In this document: piece by piece, positions 21,125 to 30,177 of the stretch
How positions within the stretch are numbered: position 1 is the first letter of the stretch
Layout of the letters: each line of letters begins with the position of its first letter
From: Rickettsiales bacterium
GTDB lineage: Bacteria > Pseudomonadota > Alphaproteobacteria > Rickettsiales > UBA1997
NCBI GenBank assembly: GCA_047627215.1
Contig: JBLHTM010000001.1
Location: forward strand, 2,663-66,662
Reading direction: 5' to 3'
Length of the DNA stretch: 64,000 bases
Notes under the pieces: generated by a model
Database searches by the model: none
Seen by the model: the letters and a program-made list of their open reading frames with translations, nothing else
What the model was told of the DNA's origin: nothing
Translations under genes and position numbers: made by a program

Positions 21125-21632
21125 TGAATTTCGTTTATGAAAAATAGTAATCATAAACATTTATAGGAACTTATAAACTAACAGATTTAATATTTTGGGA
21201 TAAAAACTATCAATTAACTTCGATTGCTGTTGATTGGGATTCAACCTTAAAAAATTATGAAGAAGATATTTTTGGCGAAAAACTTGGTCGATATGGATCC
21301 TTTAATATAGATTTATGACACGGACCCATTTTTTATGATACCCTCAACCATCTTCTTGACTAAGTGTAATTTCTAATATAAGAATTTTGATCAAAAAAGT
21401 TTATCTTTATCGCAACCAGGGTAATAAAAATTAATTTTATTAATGATGTTTAGATGTTTTTAGTTAATTAATTGAACAGCATATATTAACTTACTTTTGC
21501 TTATTATTTAATAAAATATTTCTAAATATTGTCGATCTTAGAAAGAAATTTATCAAAAAAGCGTTAAAAAATCCGCAATCCACTTAACTATCTAACGGTA
21601 TCTCATTAATTTCTTACTTATTTATTTAAAAA

Positions 21633-22664
21633 ATGACTTTAAAAACCTCGGATTTCGACTTCTATCTTCCTGAAGAATCAATCGCACATAAACCCGTTAG
21701 TCCTCGAGATTCATCAAAAATGTTAGTTTGGAAGGATCAGCAAATAACGAATAAACAAGTTAGTGATTTAGCTGATTTTTTTGAAGCTGGAGATTTATTA
21801 GTTCTAAATGACACTAAAGTCATAAAAGCGAAACTAATTGGCAAAAGAGGTGCGGCAAAAGTTGAGATTAATCTTCATAAAAAAGTAAGCGGAAACACTT
21901 GGCAAGTCTTTGCAAAGGGCGCTAAGAAATTAAGGATTGGTGATAAATTTGAAATGTCCAAAGATTTTTATGCGATAGTTTTAGCTAAAGATGAAGATGG
22001 AATTATTGATCTAGAATTTAACAAGTCTGACCAATATTTTTTTGATGCGCTGGAAGAGTACGGGCATATACCACTTCCTCCTTACATAAAAACCAACGAG
22101 GATCAAAATAAAAACTACCAAACAGTTTATGCAAAAAACTCTGGCGCAGTTGCAGCACCAACTGCCGGACTTCATTTTACCGAAGAATTGTTTAGAAAAT
22201 TAGAAAAAAAAGGGATTGAAAAAGTTTTTACAACCCTAAATGTTGGAGCAGGAACTTTTTTGCCAGTAAAAACAGATCTGTTAAAAGATCACAAAATGCA
22301 CAGTGAATATTTTAGTATCTCGAAGGAAGCCTGCGATAAAATTAATGAGACTAAGAATAATGGAGGAAGAATTATTGCTGTAGGAACAACCAGTATGAGG
22401 GTTTTAGAGTCCTCTACTGATGAGGATGGATTTTTAGAACCTCAAACGAGGGAGACTAATATTTTTATCTACCCGCCGTATGATTTTAAAATTGTTGATA
22501 TTTTGATGACTAATTTCCACTTACCAAAATCAACTTTATTTATGCTAATTTCTGCTTTTGTGGGAATTGACAAGGCTAAAGAAATCTACGATCACGCCAT
22601 TAAAAACAATTACCGATTCTATTCTTTTGGTGATTCTTGCTTGCTGTTTAAAAATAAACATTAA
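21633..22664 (+). CDS. queA: S-adenosylmethionine:tRNA ribosyltransferase-isomerase
   Basis: 343 aa. FDFYLPEESIAHKP, GAVAAPTAGLHFT, VGTTSMRVLES motifs. Confidence 0.95.
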   Translation: MTLKTSDFDFYLPEESIAHKPVSPRDSSKMLVWKDQQITNKQVSDLADFFEAGDLLVLNDTKVIKAKLIGKRGAAKVEINLHKKVSGNTWQVFAKGAKKLRIGDKFEMSKDFYAIVLAKDEDGIIDLEFNKSDQYFFDALEEYGHIPLPPYIKTNEDQNKNYQTVYAKNSGAVAAPTAGLHFTEELFRKLEKKGIEKVFTTLNVGAGTFLPVKTDLLKDHKMHSEYFSISKEACDKINETKNNGGRIIAVGTTSMRVLESSTDEDGFLEPQTRETNIFIYPPYDFKIVDILMTNFHLPKSTLFMLISAFVGIDKAKEIYDHAIKNNYRFYSFGDSCLLFKNKH

Positions 22665-22692
22665 TCCATATTTATAGAATAGACGGTCTAAT

Positions 22693-22730
22693 GAAATGGG
22701 TGGATTCTACAACAATTCACCCATTTTTTT
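22693..22730 (+). terminator. probable queA terminator overlapping the 3' end of the convergent U32 gene
   Basis: 9-bp stem aaatgggtg / cacccattt with a 15-nt loop, followed by T7. Confidence 0.45.
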
Positions 22731-24311
22731 AGTCTTTAAAAGCTCCCTAGCTTTAGCATATTTATCATCATGCCAAAACATTAAGCATCCGTTACAACCT
22801 TTTCCACAACATCCTTCCATTCCAACCCTTGGGGTTTTTGGAGAAATTTCTTTAATTTTTTGATCTAAAGAGCTCAAATATTTATCTCTCTTATTTTTAT
22901 ATTTGTGATCATTATCCGCCCCACCTTCCATCCTATGAGCCTGATTGTGTAGTTCTAAGCGGTTCTTATCACTTTTTTCCATCGCCTTTTCTTTTCGAAT
23001 CAACGTTAGCTCTGGTAATAATTCTTTTAGTTTTTCACCATCTTCCAAATGAAACAATGTCGCAGGGATGCGGACTAGATCTCTCTGTCCAGAATGGACT
23101 GCTTGCGTTTTTTTATTACCAGATTCATTTTCCAATTCATATATTCTCAGAAGAATTGGGTCTCTCTTTTGTGGAGACAAGAATTCCAAAACATCACCAA
23201 CAACAATACGGTTTTTGATTTGTATCAACATGTCGTCACCATCCCATTTAACAACTCGGGCCGCATATTCATAAACTGCTGTTGATTTTGTACTGTCGTA
23301 ATCATGAGCCAAGTTGGTCAACCTACCATCATGAAAAGCAAGTGTGTATCCACGATTGGCAACAGCTTCTAATTCACCCATGTATTTCTCCGAATCCCAG
23401 TCTTTTGGATTTTCGTAATAATCATCAATCGCCATTCGATAAGCTCTAGCAACCGTTCCTGCATAATATTCAGTTTTGTTACGACCTTCAACTTTTAGTG
23501 AATCAACGCCAATTTCTAAATATTCATTTAATTTAGGCATTAAACATAAATCTTTGGAGTTCAGAATATAAGATCCCGCCATATCTTCTTCGAAAGGCAT
23601 TAATTCACCAGGACGAATTTCTTCTTCCAAAAAGAAATCGAAAAGATCTTTATTCTGATCAGTGATTTCAATTTCGTGCTCAGTGTTGTCTTTTAGCTTT
23701 ATTTTAACCTTGTATCCCCATCTGCAGCTGTGAGCACAAGAACCTTGGTTAGCACCACGTTCTGACATAAAATTTGAAAGTAAACAACGGCCAGAATAGG
23801 TCATGCACATTGATCCGTGAACAAAAGCTTCAAGTTTAATATCTGGGCATTTCTCGCGGATTTCTTTAAGCTCAGCAAAACTAACTTCACGAGCCAAAAC
23901 TACTAATTTTGCGCCTTGATCTTGCCAAAATTTTACTGATAACCATGAACAAACATTGGCTTGGGTTGAGACGTGTATTTCTAGATTTGGAGCGTGTTCT
24001 TTTACGAAATGAGCAACTCCTGGATCAGATATTATCAGACCATCTGGATTTACTTTTTTGACTGTTTCGATGTATTCAGGAAGTTTTTCGATATCTTTGT
24101 TATGAGAGAACAAATTCAAAGTTAGATAGACCTTTTTACCTTTAGAATGAGCATATTCAATTCCTTCAACCAAGTCTTCTAGGCTAAAAGATGATTTGGT
24201 GCGCAAAGACATATCTGGAGTTCCACAATAAACTGCATCAGCTCCATAAAGAATTGCAGTTTTTAAGCGATCAAGTGATCCTGCCGGTAAGAGAAGTTCT
24301 GATTTTTTCAT
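22707..24311 (-). CDS. U32-family (peptidase U32 / Fe-S hydroxylase-type) protein with an extra Cys-rich C-terminal module
   Basis: 534 aa. N-terminal ELLLPAGS...AILYGADAVY. Conserved Cys cluster HGSMCMTYSGRCLLS...GSCAHSCRW. C-terminal GCCGKGCNGCLMFWHDD. Confidence 0.8.
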   Translation of the reverse strand: MKKSELLLPAGSLDRLKTAILYGADAVYCGTPDMSLRTKSSFSLEDLVEGIEYAHSKGKKVYLTLNLFSHNKDIEKLPEYIETVKKVNPDGLIISDPGVAHFVKEHAPNLEIHVSTQANVCSWLSVKFWQDQGAKLVVLAREVSFAELKEIREKCPDIKLEAFVHGSMCMTYSGRCLLSNFMSERGANQGSCAHSCRWGYKVKIKLKDNTEHEIEITDQNKDLFDFFLEEEIRPGELMPFEEDMAGSYILNSKDLCLMPKLNEYLEIGVDSLKVEGRNKTEYYAGTVARAYRMAIDDYYENPKDWDSEKYMGELEAVANRGYTLAFHDGRLTNLAHDYDSTKSTAVYEYAARVVKWDGDDMLIQIKNRIVVGDVLEFLSPQKRDPILLRIYELENESGNKKTQAVHSGQRDLVRIPATLFHLEDGEKLKELLPELTLIRKEKAMEKSDKNRLELHNQAHRMEGGADNDHKYKNKRDKYLSSLDQKIKEISPKTPRVGMEGCCGKGCNGCLMFWHDDKYAKARELLKTKKMGELL

Positions 24312-24492
24312 GACAATATTTTATTTTTTAATTGGTACATTAGGAGTCTTCATCCCGGAGATAAATTTTGTTCATCACCTTCTCTATATTACAAAATAAT
24401 CATCAGGCTCCTCGTAAAATACAATAATTATTCCTGTTTAACGAGATGCCGGATATAAAACCTCTAGTCAGAAAAATCTGCTAAGAGTTTTT

Positions 24493-24654
24493 ATACCAAG
24501 TCCCAACTATAATTCTATATATGAACAAAGTATTTTGTGGTATAGATTATTGAAAAATTAAGACATATATCCTTTGATAAATGTCTTAATTTTTTGATGA
24601 TTTATGACGAAAAAGACAAAGTTCATATACGTAATTATAGTTGGAACTTGGTAT
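24493..24654. repeat. 162-bp imperfect palindromic element, copy 1 (MITE/RPE-like or structured RNA)
   Basis: Outer 34-nt arms (24493-24526 / 24621-24654) are complementary at 30 of 34 positions. A central perfect 14-bp hairpin (24553-24566 / 24581-24594) has a 14-nt loop. Termini ATACCAA...TTGGTAT. Homologous to 39614-39774. Confidence 0.7.
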
Positions 24655-24750
24655 TATATCCGGTATGAAGATATTTTTAACCTCTGGGCACAAAATACAC
24701 CAAAAGGCCGTATATCTATCATGAAGATATTTGTTACAATTCTTTATACT

Positions 24751-24790
24751 AAAAAAGCGCTTAGAACCTTTCGGCTCTAAGCGCTTTTTT
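24751..24790 (-). terminator. rho-independent (bidirectional-looking) terminator of pnp
   Basis: A6-gcgcttagaacc-tttc-ggctctaagcgc-T6. It lies 22 bp past the pnp stop. Confidence 0.8.
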
Positions 24791-24811
24791 AAATTAAGTA
24801 TTCAAAGAATA

Positions 24812-27040
24812 TTATTTACCAAAAAATCCTCTTTTTTTCTTAGGCTCTTCTGGCTTATCAGAATCATCCCTTACTCTACGATCATCTCTATCACCCCTTC
24901 CTTTTCTTTCTTCGCGTTCTTCAGGAGCTGGGAATTTATGAGATATATCTTCACCAGTTGTCTGATCAACTGATCTGAAGCTCAATTTAGGGCGACTTTT
25001 TTTGTCAAAACCAATAACTTTAACTTTAACGATTTCACCTTCATTGATAACATCTTCAACAAATTCAACACGATATTCAGCAAGTTCAGATATGTGAACA
25101 AATCCGTCTTTTCCTTCAGCGATATTGATAAATGCACCAGCGTCGATAACTTTAACAACAGGTCCTTCATAAATACTACCGACTTCTGGTTCAAAAGTGA
25201 TGCCGTTGATGATTGCAATTGCTTTTTTAGTTGCTTCAGGGTCGTTACTACTGATTTTAACAACACCATCATCGTTGATGTCGATAAGAACCCCGGTATC
25301 TTCACAGATTCCTTTGATAACTTTTCCTTTAGCGCCAATAACTTCTCTGATTTTTTTAACTGGAATGTTAAGAATTTCAACTTTTGGAATGTTATCATTC
25401 AAGGTTGTTCTAGCTTCGGACAAAGCTTCGGACATTTTGTCTAAAATGTGCAATCTTCCGTCTTTGGCTTGATTCAATGCACTTCCCATGATGGGGAAGT
25501 CAATACCATTTATTTTGATATCCATTTGCAAAGCAGTGATACCGTCTTTGGTTCCAGCAACTTTAAAATCCATATCACCTAAATGATCTTCGTCACCCAA
25601 GATGTCAGACAATACAACATAATCCTCTCCCTCCTTGATCAATCCCATGGCAATTCCAGAAACTGCTTTTGGCATAGGAACGCCAGCATCCATTAGTGAC
25701 AAAGAAGCCCCACAAACTGAAGCCATTGAAGATGAACCATTTGATTCAGTTATTTCAGAAACAACCCTACTAACATAACCGAACTCTTCTTGGCTTGGCA
25801 AGATTGGATTGATAGCTCTCCAAGCTAATTTACCATGACCAATTTCTCTTCTTCCTGGAGGGCCAAATCTGCCAACCTCACCAACTGAATATGGAGGGAA
25901 GTTATAGTGAAGCATAAAAGTTTCTTTAGTGTGAGCAGAATCGATACTGTCGATAGTTTGCTCGTCTCTAGAAGATCCTAGTGTAGTAACAACTAAAGCT
26001 TGAGTTTCTCCCCTAGTGAACAAAGCTGAACCATGAGCTCCTGGAAGGATCCCAACTTCAGCTTTAATTTCTCTAACTTCGTTAACTTTTCTACCGTCAA
26101 TTCTGGTTCCACTTTTAACAATATCACCACGGACGACGTTTTTTTCTAAGTTTTTGAAGATTGAAGCAAGCTTGTTTTCATCAACTCCTTTTTCTTCATC
26201 AATGAATTTTGCAATGATTTCAGATTTGATAGCATCAAGATCAGATGATCTTTCTTGCTTAACTTGTTTTTTATAAGCAGAAGTGATTCTTTCACCAAAC
26301 TCACCAGAAACAGTGGCAATCAAAGCGCTGTTATCTTCAGAAGTAACTTCGATTTTTGTTACGCCAGCTTCGGATTTGAATTCATTAATTGCATCGATAA
26401 CACCTTGCATTTTTTCGTGACCAAATTTAACCGCTCCAAGCATGACTTCTTCAGAAAGCTCTTTAGCTTCAGATTCAACCATAAGAACAGAAGATTTGGT
26501 TCCAGCAAGAATCAATTCCAATTTACTGTCTTTTAATTCAGCGTTGCTTGGGTTTAAAACATATTCACCGTTAACATATCCAACTCTTGCGCCAGCAATT
26601 GCTTCTGACAAAGGAGCTTCGGAAATTGAAAGTGCCGCAGAAGCGCCAATCAAAGCAACGATATCTGGATTGTTTTTAGGATCGTATGAAAGAACCGTAC
26701 AGATAAGGTTTATTTCATTGTGGAAATTAGAGGGGAACATTGGGCGAATAGGACGATCAATCAATCTTGAAGTCAAAGTAGCATTATCTGAAGGCTTAGC
26801 TTCTCTTTTGAAAAATCCACCTGGAATTTTTCCGGCTGCGTAATATTTTTCAACATAATGAACAGTAAGTGGCAAGAAGTTAGCTCCAACAAGTGGTTTT
26901 TTAGAAACGGTTACTGCGCAAAGAACAACGGTTTTTCCCATTGTAGCTAAAACAGAACTTGCTTGTCTGGCAATCTTACCAGTTTCCAAGGTAATGGTTT
27001 TATCACCAAATTGAATTTCTTTTTTAATCTCGTTAAACAT
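24812..27040 (-). CDS. pnp: polyribonucleotide nucleotidyltransferase (PNPase)
   Basis: 742 aa with two RNase PH domains plus KH and S1 domains (GRREIGHG, SDILGDEDHLGDMDFKVAG). Charged R/D/E/K-rich C-terminal tail. Confidence 0.97.
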   Translation of the reverse strand: MFNEIKKEIQFGDKTITLETGKIARQASSVLATMGKTVVLCAVTVSKKPLVGANFLPLTVHYVEKYYAAGKIPGGFFKREAKPSDNATLTSRLIDRPIRPMFPSNFHNEINLICTVLSYDPKNNPDIVALIGASAALSISEAPLSEAIAGARVGYVNGEYVLNPSNAELKDSKLELILAGTKSSVLMVESEAKELSEEVMLGAVKFGHEKMQGVIDAINEFKSEAGVTKIEVTSEDNSALIATVSGEFGERITSAYKKQVKQERSSDLDAIKSEIIAKFIDEEKGVDENKLASIFKNLEKNVVRGDIVKSGTRIDGRKVNEVREIKAEVGILPGAHGSALFTRGETQALVVTTLGSSRDEQTIDSIDSAHTKETFMLHYNFPPYSVGEVGRFGPPGRREIGHGKLAWRAINPILPSQEEFGYVSRVVSEITESNGSSSMASVCGASLSLMDAGVPMPKAVSGIAMGLIKEGEDYVVLSDILGDEDHLGDMDFKVAGTKDGITALQMDIKINGIDFPIMGSALNQAKDGRLHILDKMSEALSEARTTLNDNIPKVEILNIPVKKIREVIGAKGKVIKGICEDTGVLIDINDDGVVKISSNDPEATKKAIAIINGITFEPEVGSIYEGPVVKVIDAGAFINIAEGKDGFVHISELAEYRVEFVEDVINEGEIVKVKVIGFDKKSRPKLSFRSVDQTTGEDISHKFPAPEEREERKGRGDRDDRRVRDDSDKPEEPKKKRGFFGK

Positions 27041-27123
27041 ATTTTTTAATTTAATTATTAAACAGCTATCGCATCAAAACAATGCAAGGCTATATTTGTC
27101 AAATCTGACAATAGGTAAGGGGA

Positions 27124-27152
27124 AACCCTCAAAAAATAATTGTTTGAGGGTT
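27124..27152 (-). terminator. hairpin between rpsO and pnp (partial terminator / pnp leader processing stem)
   Basis: 10-bp stem aaccctcaaa / tttgagggtt with a 9-nt loop, 17 bp downstream of the rpsO stop. The position is analogous to the rpsO-pnp intercistronic hairpin in E. coli. Confidence 0.45.
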
Positions 27153-27168
27153 AGAATTTAAAATAGAA

Positions 27169-27438
27169 TTATTTTCTTAAACCAAGTTTAGCAATGACAA
27201 TTTCGTAACGAGCTTGACTGTTGCTTTTTAGATAATCTAAAAGTCTTTTTCTTCTGTTAACAGCCATCAAAAGTCCTCTTCTTGAAGAGAAGTCTTTTCT
27301 ATGAACTTTTAAATGTTCAGTTAGGTCTTTGATTTTCTTTGTAAAAATAGCAACTTGAATTTCACTTGAACCAGTATCTTTGTCTTTCTTACCGTATTCT
27401 TTTACTATTTTTTGTTTTTCTTGAGATTTTGTTGTCAT
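27169..27438 (-). CDS. rpsO: 30S ribosomal protein S15
   Basis: 89 aa. GSSEIQVAIFTKKI..LTEHLK.HRKD.SSRRGLL pattern. Confidence 0.95.
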   Translation of the reverse strand: MTTKSQEKQKIVKEYGKKDKDTGSSEIQVAIFTKKIKDLTEHLKVHRKDFSSRRGLLMAVNRRKRLLDYLKSNSQARYEIVIAKLGLRK

Positions 27439-27453
27439 TGTTTTTGACTAAAA

Positions 27454-28386
27454 TTAAAAATTATTAAACGGCTTGAGCAAATCATTTTCAATTTTTGCTA
27501 ATCCAACCAGAACACCTTCACTAATAATCTTAACTGTTGGGATATCTTTATTTTCAAATCTCTCGACCAAATTATCTATATTTGTCAATTCTACGAACTG
27601 ACCATTTTTGATTTTTGAAGCGTCAAAACTATTTAATTTAATCTCAGGAATGAAACTAAGAACATCACGCAATTGCAGAAAAAAATTATTTTGCGCGTTA
27701 TATTTAACGATATTTTTTAATTTATCAAGTGAAATTGCTTCATCTGACAGAAAACTACCAACCTGTAATCTTCTTAACATCTGAACATATCCACAAACCC
27801 CCATTTCTCTGGCTAAATCCTTGGCAAAAGATCTTACGTAAGTTCCTTTGGAGCAAACAATCTCAAAGGCAGATTTTTGATGATTATTAAAAATTAACTT
27901 TATTTTATTAATGGTAATTTGACGGGATTTTAATTTGACCTCAATACCTTGACGAGCCAATTCATAAGATCTTTTTCCATCCACTTTTATTGCAGAGAAG
28001 GAGGATGGGACTTGATATATTGTACCAATAAATTTTGGTAAGGAGTTGATAATATCTAAATTTGACGGCCTTTCATCGCTAGACTCAATCACATTACCGG
28101 TTCTGTCGTCACTATCACGAAATTCTCCCCAAGTGATCTCGAAATAATATTTTTTAACCGCACCAACCACATAATCACAAGTTCTTGTTGCTTGACCAAC
28201 CGCAATAGGAAGGACTCCTGTAGCAAAAGGGTCTAAGGTTCCAGCATGTCCAACTTTTTTGGATTTAGCTTTTGAGTTCGTCAATCTTTTTACAATTGCC
28301 ACAATTTTTGCCGAAGAGTAATCCTCAGGTTTATCAATATTGAGCCAAAAATTTTCTTTATCGATATTTATGTTTTTAGATTCCAT
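27454..28386 (-). CDS. truB: tRNA pseudouridine(55) synthase
   Basis: 310 aa. GHAGTLDPFATGVLPIAVGQATR catalytic motif. Confidence 0.93.
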   Translation of the reverse strand: MESKNINIDKENFWLNIDKPEDYSSAKIVAIVKRLTNSKAKSKKVGHAGTLDPFATGVLPIAVGQATRTCDYVVGAVKKYYFEITWGEFRDSDDRTGNVIESSDERPSNLDIINSLPKFIGTIYQVPSSFSAIKVDGKRSYELARQGIEVKLKSRQITINKIKLIFNNHQKSAFEIVCSKGTYVRSFAKDLAREMGVCGYVQMLRRLQVGSFLSDEAISLDKLKNIVKYNAQNNFFLQLRDVLSFIPEIKLNSFDASKIKNGQFVELTNIDNLVERFENKDIPTVKIISEGVLVGLAKIENDLLKPFNNF

Positions 28387-28990
28387 CTATTTTAATATCA
28401 GTAAATTTTCTTAAAGTTTCAAGGTTGCCAAAATTATCAACCTCACCATCTTTTTGATTAAAAATAATTTTAGCAATTTCAATACCATGAACTTCCAAAG
28501 ATTTGATGGCGGTCAGTGTATGGCTTATTGTCCCTAGATAATTTCCCGTAACTAAAATTGCCGGAATTTTCAAAGCAAACATCAAATCAGCAAAAGTTTT
28601 ATTATTATCAATTGGAGTCATCACACCGCCCGCACCTTCTATCAATAAATAATAGTTATTCTTTCTCGCCTCTGCAATTCTGTTTTGGCAAAAAAATACC
28701 AATTCTTCAAAATCGATATTTTTATTCTCAATAGAAGCTGCAATATTTGGAGAGAGTGGCGCATCAAAGCGATAAGGGGAAATTTTATTAAGATTTTCTT
28801 CGTTTAAATCCTTTCCTAAAATTTTAAGAATCTTTGCAGAATCACTATTGGGATCATCGCCTGAAAATCCACTGATTATTGGCTTAATAAGGTTAATTTT
28901 CTTCCCTTCCAAAAGCAATTTATTAGAAAGTTTTTCTAAAACAAAAGTTTTTCCAATATCAGTTCCTGTTCCTGTTACGAAAAATTGCAT
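28376..28990 (-). CDS. bioD: ATP-dependent dethiobiotin synthetase
   Basis: 204 aa. MQFFVTGTGTDIGKT P-loop and LIEGAGGVMTP motif. Overlaps truB by 11 nt. Confidence 0.85.
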   Translation of the reverse strand: MQFFVTGTGTDIGKTFVLEKLSNKLLLEGKKINLIKPIISGFSGDDPNSDSAKILKILGKDLNEENLNKISPYRFDAPLSPNIAASIENKNIDFEELVFFCQNRIAEARKNNYYLLIEGAGGVMTPIDNNKTFADLMFALKIPAILVTGNYLGTISHTLTAIKSLEVHGIEIAKIIFNQKDGEVDNFGNLETLRKFTDIKIDGI

Positions 28991-30177
28991 TAAAAACTTC
29001 CAAATGAACTGTAAATTGGACCAAAAACGGCGATCGTAATCCAGGCCATCATCCCACCCATGATCAATGTTAATGCAGGCTGAATCATTCCGACCATTTT
29101 ATCCACAGAATCATTTATTTCTCGATCGTAGAAAAATCGAATATTATTTAGCGCATCTTCCATATTACCACTATTCTCACCGACCTCAAACATTCTAATT
29201 ACCAAACTTGGGAAAAAACCAGTGGATTCAATTGCTTTTGCTAATTTTTGACCATCTGAGACTCTGGTTTTTACATTTTCAATACTCGCTTTGATTGCAT
29301 GATTTCCAACAACGGTTTTTGCACCTTCCAGGCACTCCAAAACCCCTAAGCCACTTTTAAATGTGATAGAGAAAAAATAGCAGAATCTTGATGCGTCAAT
29401 TTTGGTAATTATTGTACCAAAAAATGGAATGTAGAGTTTAAATTTATCCATTTTTATGGCAATAATTGGCCTGGTATTAAGAATTTTGTAAACCATAATA
29501 AGAATTGGTATTGCAATAACTATTAAGAAACCATTATTTTGCACAAAATCAGAAAAATTGATCAAAGCCACGGTAATTGTTGGAAGAGCAATATCTTGAG
29601 ACTGTAGGAATTCCGTTACCTTAGGAACAACAACGGTTGTCATCACACCCAAAACCAACATCATAACAACAATACTAAAAAGTGGGTAGCGTAGAGCTTT
29701 TCCAGTTTTTCTTTTCATATCTGAATTCCACTTTATATGGTCAATAATACTGTTAAATGAATGGTAAAGATTACCGGTTTTTTCACCGTTACTAATCAGA
29801 CCAACAAATATTTCAGGAAATATTTTTGGATGTTTGGCTAAAGACTCAGAAAGAAGTGATCCATTTTTCAAAGATTCGTAAATCTCCTGCATCAAATTTC
29901 GTACTTTTATTGAGTCAGCTGAATTTTTGATGTCAGAAATAGAATCAATGATTGAAACTCCAGCTCGGTCGAGCTGTTCAAGATGAGAGAAAATGGTGAT
30001 TAAATCTTTATCATTTAGTTTTCCACCAAAAAGACTGTCTTTTTCAATGCGGTTTGAAATGAGATACAAATGGGAGTTTTTGAGCAAAACTTCAAGCTCA
30101 CCCACACTTTCAGCAGAAATTACACCGCGGACATATTTTCCGTCATCATCAATTGCTTTGTATTTGTATCTGTTCAT
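28990..30177 (-). CDS. pilC: type IV pilus / type II secretion platform protein (GspF/PilC family)
   Basis: 395 aa with duplicated T2SSF-type cytoplasmic domains and three TM segments. C-terminal ...GGMMAWITIAVFGPIYS. TAATG overlap with bioD and ATGA overlap with def. Confidence 0.85.
   Translation of the reverse strand: MNRYKYKAIDDDGKYVRGVISAESVGELEVLLKNSHLYLISNRIEKDSLFGGKLNDKDLITIFSHLEQLDRAGVSIIDSISDIKNSADSIKVRNLMQEIYESLKNGSLLSESLAKHPKIFPEIFVGLISNGEKTGNLYHSFNSIIDHIKWNSDMKRKTGKALRYPLFSIVVMMLVLGVMTTVVVPKVTEFLQSQDIALPTITVALINFSDFVQNNGFLIVIAIPILIMVYKILNTRPIIAIKMDKFKLYIPFFGTIITKIDASRFCYFFSITFKSGLGVLECLEGAKTVVGNHAIKASIENVKTRVSDGQKLAKAIESTGFFPSLVIRMFEVGENSGNMEDALNNIRFFYDREINDSVDKMVGMIQPALTLIMGGMMAWITIAVFGPIYSSFGSF

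Noticed and set aside
24731-24973. 80-aa plus-strand ORF at the pnp 3' end
   Set aside because: It runs through the pnp terminator hairpin and then antisense into pnp. The product is hydrophobic low-complexity.
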